From the NCBI GenBank assembly GCA_001179505.1, contig CDMY01000363.1, positions 1-64,000 on the forward strand: 64,000 nucleotides of DNA, given 5' to 3'. Under the pieces are notes generated by a model. It saw only the letters and a list, made by a program, of their open reading frames with translations, made no database searches and was not told where the DNA came from. Source of the DNA: Vitrella brassicaformis CCMP3155. Taxonomy: Eukaryota; Protista; Chromerida. A program made the translations under genes and the position numbers. Below are positions 60,101 to 64,000 of the stretch, in pieces (within the stretch, counting starts at the first letter, position 1; each line of letters opens with the position of its first letter).

Positions 60101-63100
60101 ACGAAGGTATCACAAGTGGCGCCCATCGGCTTTGAGGCGCCCATGGCCGCCCCTCCGGCCAAGCTGCCCTCCGTCCTTGCGAAGACGTTTCCATCCAGAG
60201 TTATGCATCTTGACGTTATCTGCGGACAGAGGTACTCACCGCCACTCACCGACTTGGAACAACTGATCCTCTGACTCGATGACCCTTGTTGTTCCAATTC
60301 CCCAGGACGTCGCCAGCTGAGGAGCTGATTCGGAACGTCGGCGGTGCAAGGTCGATGGTCTACGCCACCAGAGAGCCGTGCACTGGCAAGACAAGAACGG
60401 TGCTGTTTGAGTGCGCAGCGGAGAACGAGGCCTTTTGCACCATCACACTCAACCATGACGTTGATCCGTCGACGCTGCACACTGCCTTCCGGCGGGTCGA
60501 GGAGGAGCGGACTCGGGTGGAGATGTTCAGCAAGAACAGAACGGCTGTGGGGTTCCATCTATCGGTGTCCCCGTCAACCAATGGCATGGATCTGAACAAC
60601 GTACTATCTCAGCTCGTCTTTGTCGGCCGTCTGGTGACCCCTGGTGGTGACGTCATCCGCATGAGGGAAGGCGACCGACTGCACGTCGAACTGCCGTCAA
60701 ATGGCGTCGATGTGAATGCGACCATCGCCCACCTTCCAATCTGTCGTCTGCTTCCGCACCATGCTGTGACGCCCCATCTCGAGGCCAAGATGCCCCTTCT
60801 CCTGCCCGTGATGGATGACTGCCAGATGCTCTACAGGGTGAGGGAGGCTGCAGACACCGCAATGCTCGAGAGTGCGAGGATGCTTCGTGGCTTCCTCGAT
60901 ACACTTCCCACTCGCGCGCTGCCGTCCACCTCCCAGCTGGAGCAGGTAAGGATGGGGAGCACAATGGAGCTGCTCATCTTCACTCATGAGTTGTTGTATT
61001 TTTCCCTCGATTAGATGGCGGCAGAGGACGTCGATGCCACCATTACTGAGGTGCTCCGGCCTCAAACAAGACTGCAGCTTTACGGCAGAGATGTGGCGGA
61101 TGGTATAGGTAACGAACCTCGCCTGCTCGAGAAGGTCCGGCTCGTCAAGTTCATCAGTCCAGCCCTCCGCTCCATCATGGCCTTCGACACGCATATCGCG
61201 AGCGCGATTGACGCAGGAGAGCAGAAGCTGGTCAGCATGTTCAAGCATCTGCTCGCGAATCTGATGCTGCGGAGCGCGATCGATGTCGCCGCGGCAGCAG
61301 TGGAGCCCCCGCCGGGCCTGTCCAGCACCGAGGACGGCTACATCAGGCGGTTTGACCGGATGATGACCTTCCAAGGGTCGCATCTCTTCTTCGTCATTCA
61401 CCACAAGGACAGTGACGGCACCCCACATTACAACCCCATCGGTCTGCATCAGGAGGGCCAGTCGCTGCTGGCGTCAATCCTGGCAGAGTACCCGCAGGGT
61501 CTCAAGGGCACACAGTATCTGGTGGCGTGGATGAGGGACAACCTTCGCTTCAGCCCTCAGGATAGCGAGGCCGTGGAGCGTGAGACGCTCGTGAGTGTTG
61601 ACAAGGGACGGCGACGCATCTGGTAAGGAGGGAGCTGAAGAACGAACAAATCACAAGAACTTGCCTAACACGCCTTCCTCTCCGTCGACACTGCTCAGGG
61701 AGTTGTTTCATGCACCGACACATCTTCGTCTGCTCGACAGCCTGACGGCCCTCGAAGAGCTGCAGAGAAAAACAGCAGTAAGGAAGGATGACAGGGCAAT
61801 TCAGCGGGCTTACGAGACAGCCAGGGAGGCCTATGAGGACTTGGTTATGGGCGAAGTCCTCATAGGCCTGGAGGATGAGGACGACATGCCGACCTTCGAG
61901 AGCATCACGGACAGCGGTATCGTCAAGCGGTTCCTCATGAAACATGCGATGCTTCCCGAGGTGACAGTGACGCTGGAGAACTTGGTCAGGCTGATATCCG
62001 TGGAGATGCGCATGAAGGCAAGGATGCCTGTCATTCTGCAAGGTACACCACAAAGGCAGGCAGGCAGGCAGGCAGGTAGGTGGCAAAAAAATGTTGTACG
62101 GATGCAGGTGAGACTGGTTGTGGCAAGACACAGTTGGTGCAGTTCCTCTCCAGAATGCTGGGCGCGTCGTTCTTCGCTGTCAATGTCCATGGCGGCATGA
62201 AGGCTGCCGACTTCGAGGAATACCTCCGGCCGGCCATCGAGGCAGCGAGAAACGCCTCAGCTGCCAAGAAAGTGTGTCAAGCGAGCCATGACATGGAAGG
62301 GCAAGAGTGTGCGCCTCATCGAGTGTGTCCTCTTTGCGCTTTCGTGCTCAGGTGTATGTGTTGCTTGACGAGGCCAACTCCAGCAGTGACGTGTGGTCCA
62401 TCAAGAGGCGGTGGTCGATGGTTTCCTCAACGGCGTCCGCATCCCCGAGTCGATCGCCTTCATCTGCTGCATCAACCCCACACGCGCGAAGCGCACCACA
62501 CTGGCCGAGCATGAGAGTGCTGGTTTGGACTTGGAGCTGATGCGCTTCGGAGAGGACGTTGCGTCACCAAATGGGGCATCACTTCATCGACAAGGAATCA
62601 GCCCGTTCGCTGGACTGGCATACCCCGTGTACGCTCAAAAAGGAAGGGGGAGGCTGGACTGATCGCCATTCATGGCTCTCTGTGTGGTCAGGTACCGTCT
62701 GGACGAGAGCATGATTTCCTACGTGTGGGACTTCGGCAGTCCGGCTGAGAACGTCCTTCAGCCCGCTGCAGCTGAGGCTGCATGCCACCGCCGCACTCTC
62801 TTTCTGGACAAGTGCATGGTCACTGACGAGTCGCTGTACGCAGAGGCCATATGCGCCTACTCACCCGTGGAGAAGAAGCTGCGGTGGGTGTCAACGATGA
62901 AGATGCACGTCAGCGACTCGCTGTCCATCGTTGTTGTCCTCCTCTCAGGTCCGATGCTGCATTTCTGGATGAGCTACGCGCATTTGGAGGGACCGAAACA
63001 TACTGGCGGCACCTCCGCACACTGATTGTTGCCCTCGGTACGCCACAACGGCTAGACACAGCCGCGAAGCGATATCTGTGGTGCGTGTGGCGCAGTGTCG

Positions 63101-64000
63101 CAAGCCCAGTACTTCGTCCGTCACGATATCTACAAAGGCGACACGAGCGCAGTGTCCCTTCGCGACATCCGCCGATGCATCGACATGATCCCCGTCATTC
63201 TGGACCTCATTGACAAGAAAGCTCAGTCCAAGGTGGCCAAGACAGTCGAGACGGGCGGGACGAGGGCCATGAAGGTGTCGGCGGCACTCCAGACATCCCT
63301 CACCATCTGTAAGCACGTCCACGGCTGAGCGGGCAGCAGCAGCAACTTGTCTATTCGTCTTGTTTTGTGCTTTGTAGGCTATGCATTGCGTCTGCCGCGC
63401 GAGAGGAGGCCAGAGTTTGCGGCTGAGATGACCAAGACGTGGGAAAGTGTCCGCGGCCACTTTGAGAACACCAACGAGGGCTTCTTCCCGGTGCCCAACA
63501 CCGAGCACTTCGAGGCGCCCTTCTTTGAGTTGGCTGAGTTTGTTGCTGACCAGCTGATTCGCCCGTCGGGCATCGCCCTCAACCACATGCTGCTCGAGAA
63601 CACGCTCACCCTGCTAGTGGCCATCATCACAAAGACAGCCATCTTCCTTGTGGTCAGCAACGAGAGGGAACGGCACAGAAGAGGCAGCTGCATTCGGACG
63701 GCCTCTGTTTGTTCAGGGCAAGCCAGGCACGTCCAAGTCGTTATCAATGGAGCTATTATCGGCCTCGATGTCCGATCGCGAGCATCCCTTCTGGTCCCTC
63801 CTTCCATCGGTGACCAAGAAGACGGTCCAGTGCTCCCCCCTCACCACGCCACATGCCATCCTCCAGGCGGCCAACCATGCTGCCAAGGTCCAACTGCGCG
63901 AGTTACAATCCGACTCGGAGCACACGGCCGTGCTGGTGCTGGAGGAGATCGGAGGTGGGTGCAACACATGGTGCAAAAGGTCTGTCTTGGCATCTCATGG
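54176..64000 (+). CDS. RNF213-like: RNF213/mysterin-like giant AAA+ ATPase, running off the window; carries an in-frame TGA (59134-59136) and a 1-bp frameshift (~62405), so it may be a pseudogene
   Basis: TLENLVRLISVEMRMKARMPVILQG|ETGCGKT, VNVHGG, VLLDEAN, ICCINP, VYRLDESMISYVWDFG, VSLRDIRRC, IALNHMLLENTLTLLVAIITKTAIFLV|GKPGTSKS, VQCSPLTT and VLVLEEIG appear in the same order as the RNF213 AAA core recalled from the literature. Confidence 0.9.

Noticed and set aside
306-64000. Hundreds of short overlapping or antisense ORFs in the track
   Set aside because: Expected in GC-rich, stop-poor DNA. Most are shadows of real exons or translated microsatellites (CVCVC, HTHTH, PSIHPS).
61900-64000. 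Midasin or dynein as the identity of the AAA+ gene
   Set aside because: The motif set (HGG, CNP/CINP, VWDFG, SLRD, GKPGxSKS, QCSPxxT) follows RNF213 rather than those families.

Overview
This is intron-rich, GC-rich eukaryotic nuclear DNA. Short GT-AG introns packed with (TG)n, (TCTG)n, (GGAT)n and (GCAG)n microsatellites, together with the lineage-specific gene families, suggest a chromerid alveolate, most likely Vitrella brassicaformis (inference from recall, not a search). The left and middle parts carry mostly housekeeping genes: a J-domain protein, a SKA3-like protein, an SCT1/GPT2-type glycerol-3-phosphate acyltransferase, lipoate-protein ligase A, BFR2/AATF, a long coiled-coil protein, an RRM-like protein, a helical-repeat RING protein, a CYSTM-like protein and a cytochrome P450. 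They also include a SKP1-like/F-box fusion and two rearranged paralogues of an unknown family. The right third (41.5-64 kb) is a dynamic birth-and-death region with four tandem-ACT-domain loci and two CBM20-like/ankyrin fusion genes. It ends in a giant RNF213/mysterin-like AAA+ gene, head-to-head with one CBM20-ankyrin gene; this gene has its own CBM20-like N-terminus and carries an in-frame TGA and a 1-bp frameshift. About 19 loci alternate strand almost strictly across the window. There is a 300-N assembly gap at 26856-27155. I saw no rRNA, tRNA, CRISPR array or intact transposon. Gene models were spliced by eye and family calls are from remembered motifs, so boundaries are approximate.
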